Positions 52,613 to 61,620 of a stretch of 64,000 nt of DNA are shown piece by piece. Position numbers and translations under genes: made by a program. Each line of letters opens with the position of its first letter. The first letter of the stretch is position 1. Under the pieces are notes generated by a model. It was not told the origin of the DNA, did not search any database, and worked only from the letters and a program-made list of their open reading frames with translations. Source of the DNA: Promethearchaeota archaeon (lineage in GTDB: Archaea; Asgardarchaeota; Lokiarchaeia; Sigyniarchaeales; SOKP01); NCBI GenBank assembly GCA_048937405.1, contig JBHLNF010000001.1:224001-288000 (forward strand), in the 5' to 3' direction.

Positions 52613-52637
52613 TTACTTTTCTGTCAAATATTTAAAT
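52609..52637 (+). promoter_or_regulatory. 29-bp TATA-containing element, copy 2
   Basis: TTAATTACTTTTCTGTCAAATATTTAAAT, upstream of the GTPase gene. Confidence 0.6.
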
Positions 52638-52707
52638 AACTTCAAAAATTCTTTCATTTCAAAGTTTTGATATTAATTATAATAATAAACAAAGAGATGA
52701 ATTATTA

Positions 52708-53259
52708 ATGAATAATAAAGAAAATGAAGAACAACCAATAAAACTTGTAATCATTGGAATGGAAAATGCTGGAAAAACCACGATTTTAGACGTACTCACG
52801 GGAAAAATTAATCAAGAACCTAATAAACCACCCAGTATGAATCCTACCAAAGGTGTTGATAGAAGTGTTGTGTTATTTTTTGAAAAGGAGACTAAAGTCT
52901 GGGATTTTGGTGGTCAAGAATCTTTTCGCAATGAATATATATCAAATCCAAAGAAATATTTTTACTCAATCTCGTTTTTTTATTATGTTGTAGATATTCA
53001 GGATTATTACCGACTTATACAATCTGTAATGTATTTTAAAGGAATTTTTAATTTAATTAGAAAATATAGCCCAGAAGCAAAAATCATTTTCCTTTTTCAT
53101 AAGATGGACCCTGATTATGATCCAAATGAGAGAAATCTAAAAGAAAAGTTCTTGGAAAAGGTTGAATCAGATTTAAAGTTAGAAAATATACCTTATACAA
53201 TGTATGACACTACGATTTTTGATATTAAAACTATTAAAACTGCTTTTGGTCAAGAATAG
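52708..53259 (+). CDS. Small GTPase, Arf/Rag(Gtr1)-like
   Basis: GMENAGKTT, PTKG, WDFGGQ, FHKMD and TTIFD (HKxD and TxIxD are Rag-like). Confidence 0.88.
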   Translation: MNNKENEEQPIKLVIIGMENAGKTTILDVLTGKINQEPNKPPSMNPTKGVDRSVVLFFEKETKVWDFGGQESFRNEYISNPKKYFYSISFFYYVVDIQDYYRLIQSVMYFKGIFNLIRKYSPEAKIIFLFHKMDPDYDPNERNLKEKFLEKVESDLKLENIPYTMYDTTIFDIKTIKTAFGQE

Positions 53260-53427
53260 TAAAACAGATTTTAAAATTTTATATTTTTTATTATGAATTT
53301 TTCCTGCATTTGAATTTAAAAAAGGGTTTAAATCGCGTTTTTTTTTGCTTTATCCAATTCCACAGATCGAGTGAAACAAAATTTAAAAAGGAATCTAAAT
53401 CGATGAATTGTTAATCAAAAGTATGAT

Positions 53428-53532
53428 TGCAAAATGTAGCATTCCTGAAAATAACCCTGATATTAAGGATGCAATGGAGCTTATTATGGAGATATGCTAA
53501 AAGCTCAAAATAAAATCATTTTATCTCTTTAA
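53428..53532 (+). pseudogene. 3'-terminal fragment of a GH57 gene (frameshifted)
   Basis: Encodes AKCSIPENNPDIKDAMELIM-(1-nt deletion)-DMLKAQNKIILSL*, matching the last 34 aa of 45636-46838 with many synonymous changes. Confidence 0.88.
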
Positions 53533-53615
53533 TGTGAAAATAAAAAAAAATAAATTAATTATACTTTTTTGAAAAGATAATTAATTGACTAAAAAATTCA
53601 CCAAATTTTTACTTG

Positions 53616-55499
53616 TTAAGATATTATTCCTAATTCTTTCAATGTTTCTTCAGTTGGTCTTCCTGTATCCCAATCCCATCCTCGAGCGCTATAATATTTT
53701 TTCAAATTCTCTTCTAAATCGAGTTTTACGTTTCTTGTTCTTCCTGATGTTAATACTTTCATATTATGATTGGTTAATCTATCATCTTTTCTTGTAATTC
53801 CTAAATTACAACTGATTAAACGTTTCGCATTGTTTATTCGCGCCCCAACTTTCATCAGAGATTTTCTATCATAATTAAAACCAGTAGCAGCATTGATATA
53901 ACCGATAATATGCTCAAGTTTGGGGGTTGCAAAATTACAATTCACTGCAGAATCGTCAATAGCCCTAAGGTCTTGAAGTTTAGCAACTCCTCTTTCTCCT
54001 TTTGTTATATCATATCTATTTTTACTCCTTTTAATATGAAGAATTGGAATATTTATAGTTCCCGATTCTGCAGCATACCAATCAGCTTTATTATGATTTG
54101 CTCCAACACATCCCGTCATATAGCTTAATGCCTGTCCGGCGAATGCTCGTGGTTCATGCATCGGTATTTCTAATCCTTTTACATGTGCGGCTAATTCAGG
54201 ATCTACTTCCAATTTCTCTGCCATTATTCTTGTACCTTCAGCAAGGATATCCCCAATACCTTCCCTTTTTACTATTTTTTCAACAAGTTTGCATACAACC
54301 TCTCCATTTCCCCATTTAATATCTTCTATTGGAATATCACTTAAAAATTGCTTAATTTTCTCAATCCCTATATTATTTTCGACTAAATAGATAAGAAAAG
54401 CAATGGAGACTCCACAAGAAATGGTGTCAATACCATATTTATTACATAAGTGATTGGCAATAAGTACTGGTTTTGAATCAAAAACACCACATAAAGTACC
54501 TAACGCAGCTACAGATTCATATTCTGGTCCATCACTCTCAATTTCTTTCCCATCAATTTCAATAACCGTTGATTTACCGCACCTTAGTGTACAACCTGAG
54601 CACCCATAACTGAACACAGGATATTGTTCCGTTAGAGTTTTCCCTGTTAAATTCTCGGCAAAAAATTCTGTTTCTGTAAAGTAATATGCTGGCGTATCAC
54701 CATTAACCATTCCTAAATCGAGATACATGTTAGTACCATATAATGTAAAAAGTAGAGTTCCTAATTCTCCCATTGGATTTGCTTCCCTTGCAGCTTGAGC
54801 CTCTTTTCTTAGCTTTTTCCCTAATTCATTATCTGCTAGTTTAACTCTTTCTTTTCCATCTACTACTAATGCCTTCAAATTTTTTGATCCCATAAGAGCT
54901 CCCATCCCGCATCTCCCTACGATTCTCCCCTCATCATTCATTATAGCACCATATTTAACAAGATTTTCGCCGCCTTGACCAATACAAGCCATCCGAGCTT
55001 TTGGGTCATTCAATTCATCTCTAATTAATTTTTGAGTTTCATAACAATCTTTACTATGGAATTTTGAAGCATCTTTAAATTCTACATTTCCATCATGAAT
55101 ATACACGTAAGTTGGTTTATTTGCTTTTCCCAAGAAAACTACAGCATCAAATCCACTATTTCTTAGAGAAATACAGAAATACCCTCCTGAAGTTCCTTCA
55201 CCCCAAATCCCGGTTAAGGGGGATATACCACTCACAGTATAGCGTCCTGAATTTGGCCTAATAGTTCCTGTTATAGGACCAGTAGCAAAAATTAAAGGAT
55301 TAACTTCTGAGTAAGGGTCTTCTTTCAATCTCTTGTAATCATCCTCAGAAAGCAGATCATACGTTATTTTAGCGCTTAATCCAGTTCCTCCTAAATAGTC
55401 TTGTGCAATTTTAGGGTCTAAATCCTTTATTTCAAAACTTTCTTTGCTTAAATCCACAAAAAGGATTTTTCCATTATAACCATTTAATTTATCATTCAT
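53616..55499 (-). CDS. aor: Aldehyde:ferredoxin oxidoreductase (W/Mo-pterin AOR family)
   Basis: SPLTG, GRCGMGALMGSKNLKA, CSGCTLRC, GPEYE and GIDTIS. Confidence 0.93.
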   Translation of the reverse strand: MNDKLNGYNGKILFVDLSKESFEIKDLDPKIAQDYLGGTGLSAKITYDLLSEDDYKRLKEDPYSEVNPLIFATGPITGTIRPNSGRYTVSGISPLTGIWGEGTSGGYFCISLRNSGFDAVVFLGKANKPTYVYIHDGNVEFKDASKFHSKDCYETQKLIRDELNDPKARMACIGQGGENLVKYGAIMNDEGRIVGRCGMGALMGSKNLKALVVDGKERVKLADNELGKKLRKEAQAAREANPMGELGTLLFTLYGTNMYLDLGMVNGDTPAYYFTETEFFAENLTGKTLTEQYPVFSYGCSGCTLRCGKSTVIEIDGKEIESDGPEYESVAALGTLCGVFDSKPVLIANHLCNKYGIDTISCGVSIAFLIYLVENNIGIEKIKQFLSDIPIEDIKWGNGEVVCKLVEKIVKREGIGDILAEGTRIMAEKLEVDPELAAHVKGLEIPMHEPRAFAGQALSYMTGCVGANHNKADWYAAESGTINIPILHIKRSKNRYDITKGERGVAKLQDLRAIDDSAVNCNFATPKLEHIIGYINAATGFNYDRKSLMKVGARINNAKRLISCNLGITRKDDRLTNHNMKVLTSGRTRNVKLDLEENLKKYYSARGWDWDTGRPTEETLKELGIIS

Positions 55500-55522
55500 T
55501 TTTTTAAATCACTCCAAATAAT

Positions 55523-56830
55523 CTAAAAATCAATGGTTCTACCATCCCAAGCATATTCAAATATTCTTTTTATTATGTCGTTATCAATATAGCGACCGAC
55601 CATATAAGCAACAGGATCTGTAATAGCATACTGTACTAGGAGATCTAAATTTTTAAAGTATGTTTCTTCAGTAATAACAGGATTCTTCATTTCCTTTACA
55701 CACACTGGACCATTCATTGAATGTATAAAATCTTTGACACTTTGAAGAAATTCATTAAATAACTCATCATCATTTTTATCTTTAGACTCAACACCAAAAA
55801 GTGGACATAAATCCTTCCATCTTTCTGAAATTTTTCTTTGGAAAGCAAGTGTATATGGTAGAAACAACCCTACACAAAGTCCATGATGAACATTGAGTAC
55901 CTTACCCATACTATGTCCTAAGGCATGATCAATTCCAACGCGAGAATGAATAAATCCAAGGCCCCCCATAGATGCTGCTATTTGCATATGGGATCTTGCT
56001 TCTATATCTTTAGCACCATATTTATATGCACGAGGTAAATATTTTAGTATTTCTTTAATAGCAAATATATTCATAGCATCGGCAAAAGGAGTTCCTATAG
56101 TTGATACATAAGCCCCTGCTGCATGAGCTAATGCGTCTAAACCTGTAGCCATGGTTAGAAAAGGCGGCATATCTTTTACAAAATCCGTAATTAAGAATGA
56201 ATAATCAGGAATCAACTCTGGATGAGAAACAGTAAACTTTTTCGGTGGATCAAAACGCATATCAGTTAACATCGAAGCAAGAGTTGCTTCAGATCCCGTT
56301 CCTGACGTTGTTGGAACCGCTATAAAATATTTAAGTTTTTTGCGTACACCAAGAGGTGCTAAAGGTGAAATGCTAAATAGATCCATTTCAGGTTTCTCGT
56401 ATCTAACCATTAAACCTTTCGTAGTATCAAGAACACTCCCTCCGCCAATAGCTAAAAATACTCTAGGTTTAAACTCTTCACATATTTTTGCTGCTTCATC
56501 AAGAGTATGAGTAGGTCCTTCTGGTTTCACTCCCGCCCATATTTTCGCTTCAATTTTTACTTTACTTAACATACCACTAATGAGAGTCCCGTATTTTTCT
56601 GTAAAATCGTCTGTGATTATTAAAACCCTTCTTTCTCCTTCTTCAAGATTAGTATCTAATTGTGTGATTAGTCTAGTTAATGCAGTCATTCCAAAAATAA
56701 TATTCGGTGATCGAAAAGATGTTATTATCCCGGAAAGTGCTCTGGCTTTTAACATAGCCATAAGTTCCATCATTTGCTCTGGTGAAGGTTGAGCTGCTTG
56801 TTCAGGCTCTTGTTTAGTTGAATTTTCCAA
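55523..56830 (-). CDS. Iron-containing alcohol dehydrogenase
   Basis: GGGSVLD, PTTSGTGSE, GLDALAH, GIDHALGH and HHG. Confidence 0.92.
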   Translation of the reverse strand: MENSTKQEPEQAAQPSPEQMMELMAMLKARALSGIITSFRSPNIIFGMTALTRLITQLDTNLEEGERRVLIITDDFTEKYGTLISGMLSKVKIEAKIWAGVKPEGPTHTLDEAAKICEEFKPRVFLAIGGGSVLDTTKGLMVRYEKPEMDLFSISPLAPLGVRKKLKYFIAVPTTSGTGSEATLASMLTDMRFDPPKKFTVSHPELIPDYSFLITDFVKDMPPFLTMATGLDALAHAAGAYVSTIGTPFADAMNIFAIKEILKYLPRAYKYGAKDIEARSHMQIAASMGGLGFIHSRVGIDHALGHSMGKVLNVHHGLCVGLFLPYTLAFQRKISERWKDLCPLFGVESKDKNDDELFNEFLQSVKDFIHSMNGPVCVKEMKNPVITEETYFKNLDLLVQYAITDPVAYMVGRYIDNDIIKRIFEYAWDGRTIDF

Positions 56831-57117
56831 AAAACCACCTATTTATTTTTTAATTTAATTTTTGATAAAATATTATAAATAAATTGTTATTTCTTAATAA
56901 ATCTTAATTCTCTTGAGATTGATTATTTGGCTTATTATGAATCTGGAGATTAAATTTAGTTTTCTTAAGAACGATTAAGATGAAAGTAATTCTGAAATAC
57001 TTAGTTCTTTCATATTAAATTGAATAGAACTCATAAAGAAATGTAATTCATAAGTTCAAAAAAAAATAAATATATGTCAATATAAAATTAAAAAAAAAAG
57101 AAAAAGATAGTTTTTAA

Positions 57118-57317
57118 TTACTCCTTTTTAAAAAGATTTCCACATCCCCCACACTTAATAGTTTTAGCATAAACCGGAGTACCCTGCTTCAGCAGTATGC
57201 TTAATTAGCATTACTTATACTGTAGTAAAGCACATTACTCTTATCTGGTTCTTCATGAAGCATTCGTGGATTCTCATTTCCACATTGGGGGCATTTAACT
57301 CTTTTAAAATCACTCAT
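57118..57317 (-). CDS. Intron-containing small zinc-ribbon protein (exons 57317-57217 and 57187-57118; 56 aa spliced)
   Basis: Spliced: MSDFKRVKCPQCGNENPRMLHEEPDKSNVLYYSMQGTPVYAKTIKCGGCGNLFKKE*. TATA-like TTTAAAAT about 30 nt upstream and a T-run downstream. Confidence 0.8.
57188..57216 (-). other. 29-nt BHB/BHL-type pre-mRNA intron
   Basis: Transcript: CAGU AU^A AGUA A UGCU AAUUA AGCA UACU GCUG AA^G. This gives a 4-bp central helix CAGU/GCUG, 3-nt bulges and an 8-bp inner hairpin. The intron holds an in-frame UAA and its length is not a multiple of 3. Confidence 0.8.
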
Positions 57318-57376
57318 AATATCTTAACTCTGTATTCAAATATTTTAAATATTTAGTAGAGTGAATAAATTTAAAT

Positions 57377-57907
57377 TTAGGTATTTAGATTGGTATTTAT
57401 TACAATCTCGTGAACAATTTCTTTAATAGTTTTATTTGTGGTATCAATCATAAATTCAGCTGATTTTTCATATAAAGGTTTTCGAAAATTTAAGATTTTT
57501 AAAATTTCTTTCTTAGGGTCTTTTTTATCAATGAGAGGTCTTGTTTCTTTGCCATCCTTTAAGGCTCTCCTGAATATTTCATCTGGAGTGGCCTTTAATA
57601 AGACAATATGACAATTTTTACTTAAATGCAGAATATTTATAGGATTTAAGACTACTCCACCCCCACATGAGATCACAACTTTGTTAAGTTTAGAAACTTC
57701 TTTACACACTAAAATTTCATATTCTCTAAATTTATCTTCTCCTTCTTCTGCAAAAATTCTGGGTATTGACTTACCGGCTTGTTGAATAATAAGTTGATCT
57801 GTTTCGATAAATCTATAATCGTTCCCTAGATAATCAACTAATGCTTTTCCTATTGTGGTTTTTCCAGTAGCCATAAAGCCAATGAGTGCTATTGAATCTT
57901 TTCCCAT
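57377..57907 (-). CDS. aroK: Shikimate kinase (bacterial AroK type)
   Basis: LIGFMATGKTT, IFAEEGEDKFREYE, SCGGG, TRPL and RKPLY. Confidence 0.92.
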   Translation of the reverse strand: MGKDSIALIGFMATGKTTIGKALVDYLGNDYRFIETDQLIIQQAGKSIPRIFAEEGEDKFREYEILVCKEVSKLNKVVISCGGGVVLNPINILHLSKNCHIVLLKATPDEIFRRALKDGKETRPLIDKKDPKKEILKILNFRKPLYEKSAEFMIDTTNKTIKEIVHEIVINTNLNT

Positions 57908-57954
57908 CTTTAATACTTTTCTTATTTCTTTGGTATTTATCTATCTAATGAAAA

Positions 57955-58509
57955 TCATTCTAATGAAAAACCATGTCTTCCAACCATACCATTTTTTATT
58001 TCGAGGTAATTACCTGTAATATAAGTTGGAAAATTAAATTGGGTAGGATCTAAAGAATTAGTTTTAACATACTTGGGATCGGAGTGTATTGCTACCACTT
58101 CACCAAAATAACAAATATGTGTTCCCAACTCGATTTTCTTTATTACTTTACATTCCATATTCCAAGGGAATTCTTTTCCCATAGGAACATTGACTATAGA
58201 TGCTTCTTCTTTAGTTAAATTTAACTCTCTCCATTTATCTACATCCCTACCTGAACGAGTGCCACAATAATCAGCTTCCTTTAATTGTTGTATTGTAGGA
58301 TAATTTATTACAAACTCACCATGATTTTCAATTAATTGAAACGAATGGCGAGAAGGTCGTATAGAAATTACAACAATGGGTGGCTCAGCACATACTTTTC
58401 CAACATAGGCTAAGGTGATTAAATTTGCTTTTTCTCCAATACCAACTGAAATAATGGCTACTGGCATAGGAAATGTGGAAATTTTTGGACTTAAAGAGGC
58501 TTTTTTCAT
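57955..58509 (-). CDS. Flavin reductase-like FMN-binding protein
   Basis: PMPVAII, GEFVINYP, CGTRSGRDVDK, MECKV and GTH..FGEV. Confidence 0.88.
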   Translation of the reverse strand: MKKASLSPKISTFPMPVAIISVGIGEKANLITLAYVGKVCAEPPIVVISIRPSRHSFQLIENHGEFVINYPTIQQLKEADYCGTRSGRDVDKWRELNLTKEEASIVNVPMGKEFPWNMECKVIKKIELGTHICYFGEVVAIHSDPKYVKTNSLDPTQFNFPTYITGNYLEIKNGMVGRHGFSLE

Positions 58510-58680
58510 TTTTGAGTCACAATTTACTTGTTTTAACAAGATATCTTAAAATTGCCATAAATGGTTAACATATTAAATAGTTTTAAATTAAATAATCTCA
58601 CTTTTTCAAATAAAACTATTAAAATTATTATCAATTCATTTATAATCAATATTTTTAAATCTTAATTTAAGTGGAAAATT

Positions 58681-59301
58681 ATGATAATAAAACATCGAGG
58701 TATTGAGCCTAAATATAATTCATCAGTGTTTATAGCTCCAACAGCAACAGTTATCGGTAATGTGTCTATTGGAAAAAGTTCACGGGTTATGTATGGTGCC
58801 ATTCTTGATTCTGAAGGCTCTGAGGTCGAAATTGGAGAATATTCAATTATATGTGAAAATGCTGTTCTTAGAGCTACAGCGTTAGGAGATCGCAACTATC
58901 CCGTAATAATTGGAGATCATGTCTTTATTTCACCCCAATCAACACTTATCGGGTGCAAAGTAGAATCTAACTCCTATATCGCGACAGGTGCCACCATTTT
59001 GCAAGGCGCACTTATTGAATCTGGTGCAGCATTAGCAGTTGGAGCTTTTGTTCACGCAAATACCGTTATCCCTGCGAATTCTTTTATTCCACCAAATAAC
59101 ATTGCGATTGGAGATCCCGTTAAGATTTACCGTCCAAAAGATCAAGAGTTATTAGCTAAAGCTATTAAATCAATTGGATTTGCAAAGATTGCATTTAATA
59201 TAGATGCTAAATGGGAAAATCGCTTTGAAAGATATAGACAAGCTACACTAGTAAGATCAAAAGAGTTTGAGGATCATTTTAATGATGAAATTATAAAGTA
59301 A
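58681..59301 (+). CDS. Gamma-carbonic-anhydrase-like left-handed beta-helix protein
   Basis: FIAPTATVIGNVSIG and hexapeptide repeats; the usual Zn-ligand His residues appear absent. Confidence 0.8.
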   Translation: MIIKHRGIEPKYNSSVFIAPTATVIGNVSIGKSSRVMYGAILDSEGSEVEIGEYSIICENAVLRATALGDRNYPVIIGDHVFISPQSTLIGCKVESNSYIATGATILQGALIESGAALAVGAFVHANTVIPANSFIPPNNIAIGDPVKIYRPKDQELLAKAIKSIGFAKIAFNIDAKWENRFERYRQATLVRSKEFEDHFNDEIIK

Positions 59302-59317
59302 CAAAATTTTAGTAATA

Positions 59318-60208
59318 ATGATTGATATGTCAGAAAAAGATTATATAACTGCCAGGACAAAAGTTCTTTGTGTGATGGGATATCCAATTGAACATTCAAT
59401 GAGTCCATTAATGCACAATGCTGCGATCCGTGATTTAAATCTTAATTATGTATATCTTGCCTTTAATATTATACCTGATAACTTAAAGCTTGCTATAGAC
59501 GGAATTAAGTCATTTGACATTAAAGGTATTAATATAACAATCCCATTCAAACAAAAAATTATGAAATATTTGGATGAAATTGATCCTGTAGCTCAAGAAA
59601 TCGGGGCAATTAATACAATTAAAAATGAGGAAGGATTTTTAAGTAGTAGAAATACAGATGCAGAAGGAGCTATGAAAGCATTATTGGATGCAGGATATAG
59701 GATTTCGGGAAAAAATTTTTTATTATTAGGGGCTGGTGGAGCCGCAAGAGCACTAGCTTTTATGATGGCAAAAGAGGCAAATAGATTAGTAATAACCGAT
59801 AAGATTGAAAAGAAAGCAAAAAAGCTTGCAAATGAAATAAAAAAGAAATATGGGATTAATATTCAAGGAAAGATTCACAATAATCAGGTCTTGAGTGAAG
59901 AATCTAAAAAAGCTGATATTTTAATCAATGCTACTCCTTTAGGAATGCACCCTAATATTGATAAATCACCCATTCCTGTTGAATTTTTACATAAAGATTT
60001 GTTTGTTTTTGATATTGTGTATAATCCGTTAAAGACTCAATTATTGAAAGACGCATCTGAATTAGGATGTAATACACTAGGAGGTCTTGAGATGTTAGTA
60101 AATCAAGGTGCATTATCATTTGAATGGTGGACAAATAAAAAACCAAATATTAATTTAATGAAAAGTAAAATTATTGAATTTTTAGGGAGAAAAAAAAATG
60201 ATGGGTAA
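59318..60208 (+). CDS. aroE: Shikimate dehydrogenase
   Basis: HSMSPLMHN, NITIPFK, NTD, GAGGAARA, NATPLGM and DIVYNP. Confidence 0.95.
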   Translation: MIDMSEKDYITARTKVLCVMGYPIEHSMSPLMHNAAIRDLNLNYVYLAFNIIPDNLKLAIDGIKSFDIKGINITIPFKQKIMKYLDEIDPVAQEIGAINTIKNEEGFLSSRNTDAEGAMKALLDAGYRISGKNFLLLGAGGAARALAFMMAKEANRLVITDKIEKKAKKLANEIKKKYGINIQGKIHNNQVLSEESKKADILINATPLGMHPNIDKSPIPVEFLHKDLFVFDIVYNPLKTQLLKDASELGCNTLGGLEMLVNQGALSFEWWTNKKPNINLMKSKIIEFLGRKKNDG

Positions 60209-61106
60209 AAATATAACTATTATTGGAGGTTCAGGCGGTATGGGTCAAGTTTTTGGAAGATATTTCAAACAACATGGTTTCAAAATTACATTATTTGCGC
60301 GAAATGAAAATAAATTGAAAACTGTTGCACAAAATTTACAAGTTGAATATGAGGTAGATCTTAAGAAATGCATTGTAGATGCTGATATTGTAATGCTGTC
60401 AATCCCTATTCGTTCTATCTCAAGCATGATTGAAAAAATTGCCCCTATGATGAAAGAAAATTCATTAATTTTTGATATTACATCTTTAAAATTAGAAGCT
60501 TCAAGAATTCTTCATAAAATTTATGAACTCTATCCTATTAACTGTTTATCAATTCATCCAATGTTTGGACCGGGAATTAAGAATATGAAAAACTACGGTA
60601 TTATCATAATAAAAATAGGGGGAACTAATCAGTATAATAATATTATAAATGAACTGCTAGAGATTTTTCGATCAGACGGATTAATCATTACAGAAACAAC
60701 ACCTGACATTCACGATACTATGATTGCGTTGACACTTGGTGTTCCACATATGTTTAATATATTATTCTTGAATTTACTCAAGAGGACAAAAAAACCATTA
60801 AGCAAATTAACTTCCTTCACTGGTACCACCTTTTTATTACAAAAAGTTTTTGCAGAGAGTATTATTCAAAGAGAAATGGAAATGTTTGGAGAAATTCAAA
60901 TAGAAAATGAAAAATTTCATGAAATCTTAGACATTTTTGAAGATTTAATTAAAGAATATAAAAAAATAATTAAAACCAAAAATTTAAACGAGTTTAAAAC
61001 ACTGTTCTCTGAAGCGTTAGATTATTCTAAAGAGGATATACATTTTGAGGATTCATACACATATTTTTATGATTTTATGAGGATTTTAAAAGAAGAAAAA
61101 GAATAA
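60198..61106 (+). CDS. tyrA: Prephenate dehydrogenase
   Basis: IIGGSGGMG, DITSLK, HPMFGP and HDTMIA...PH. Confidence 0.9.
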   Translation: MMGKNITIIGGSGGMGQVFGRYFKQHGFKITLFARNENKLKTVAQNLQVEYEVDLKKCIVDADIVMLSIPIRSISSMIEKIAPMMKENSLIFDITSLKLEASRILHKIYELYPINCLSIHPMFGPGIKNMKNYGIIIIKIGGTNQYNNIINELLEIFRSDGLIITETTPDIHDTMIALTLGVPHMFNILFLNLLKRTKKPLSKLTSFTGTTFLLQKVFAESIIQREMEMFGEIQIENEKFHEILDIFEDLIKEYKKIIKTKNLNEFKTLFSEALDYSKEDIHFEDSYTYFYDFMRILKEEKE

Positions 61107-61121
61107 AAAAATAGATTATTT

Positions 61122-61487
61122 TTAGATTGAACTACCACAGAGGGCACAAAATTTTGCTTTTTCATTTGGATCTAACTCAGATCCACAATTATAACAGAAT
61201 TTTGACTTTTCTTGATTCTTATATGTTTCTAAGACAAGTTGTTGGTTTTGAACTTGATTAGAACCACTCATCACTTGATAAGATGCAATTGCTTGATGAT
61301 CTTCCATAGGTTCATAGCAAACTGAATTACAATGAATACATTTAGGGTGGTGTTCCCGATCTAAGTAAACAGCAACATAGATTAATAAACCAATCCCCCC
61401 GGTAAAAATAGCTAGAAAAATAGCTAAACCAACATTAAATTCATTCTTTTTAGTATAAACATTTTTATTACATTTTGGACAATACAT
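61122..61487 (-). CDS. LITAF-like (CxxC-hydrophobic-CxxC) membrane protein with C-terminal zinc ribbon
   Basis: CPKC...hydrophobic hairpin...CIHC, then CYNC..CALC. Confidence 0.7.
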   Translation of the reverse strand: MYCPKCNKNVYTKKNEFNVGLAIFLAIFTGGIGLLIYVAVYLDREHHPKCIHCNSVCYEPMEDHQAIASYQVMSGSNQVQNQQLVLETYKNQEKSKFCYNCGSELDPNEKAKFCALCGSSI

Positions 61488-61620
61488 TTTTCTATCACTC
61501 CAAATTACTTTTTGTTTTTTAATTAAAATGAGAATTTAATTGAATTAAAAGAATTTGGAGTCCAATATTTAAATCAATATTACACTAAGTTTTTAAAATT
61601 TTAAAAAATTAAAAAAAAAA

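Noticed and set aside
35120-53600. Provirus or IS element explaining the accessory region
   Set aside because: No integrase, transposase, terminal inverted repeats or virion genes were recognised.
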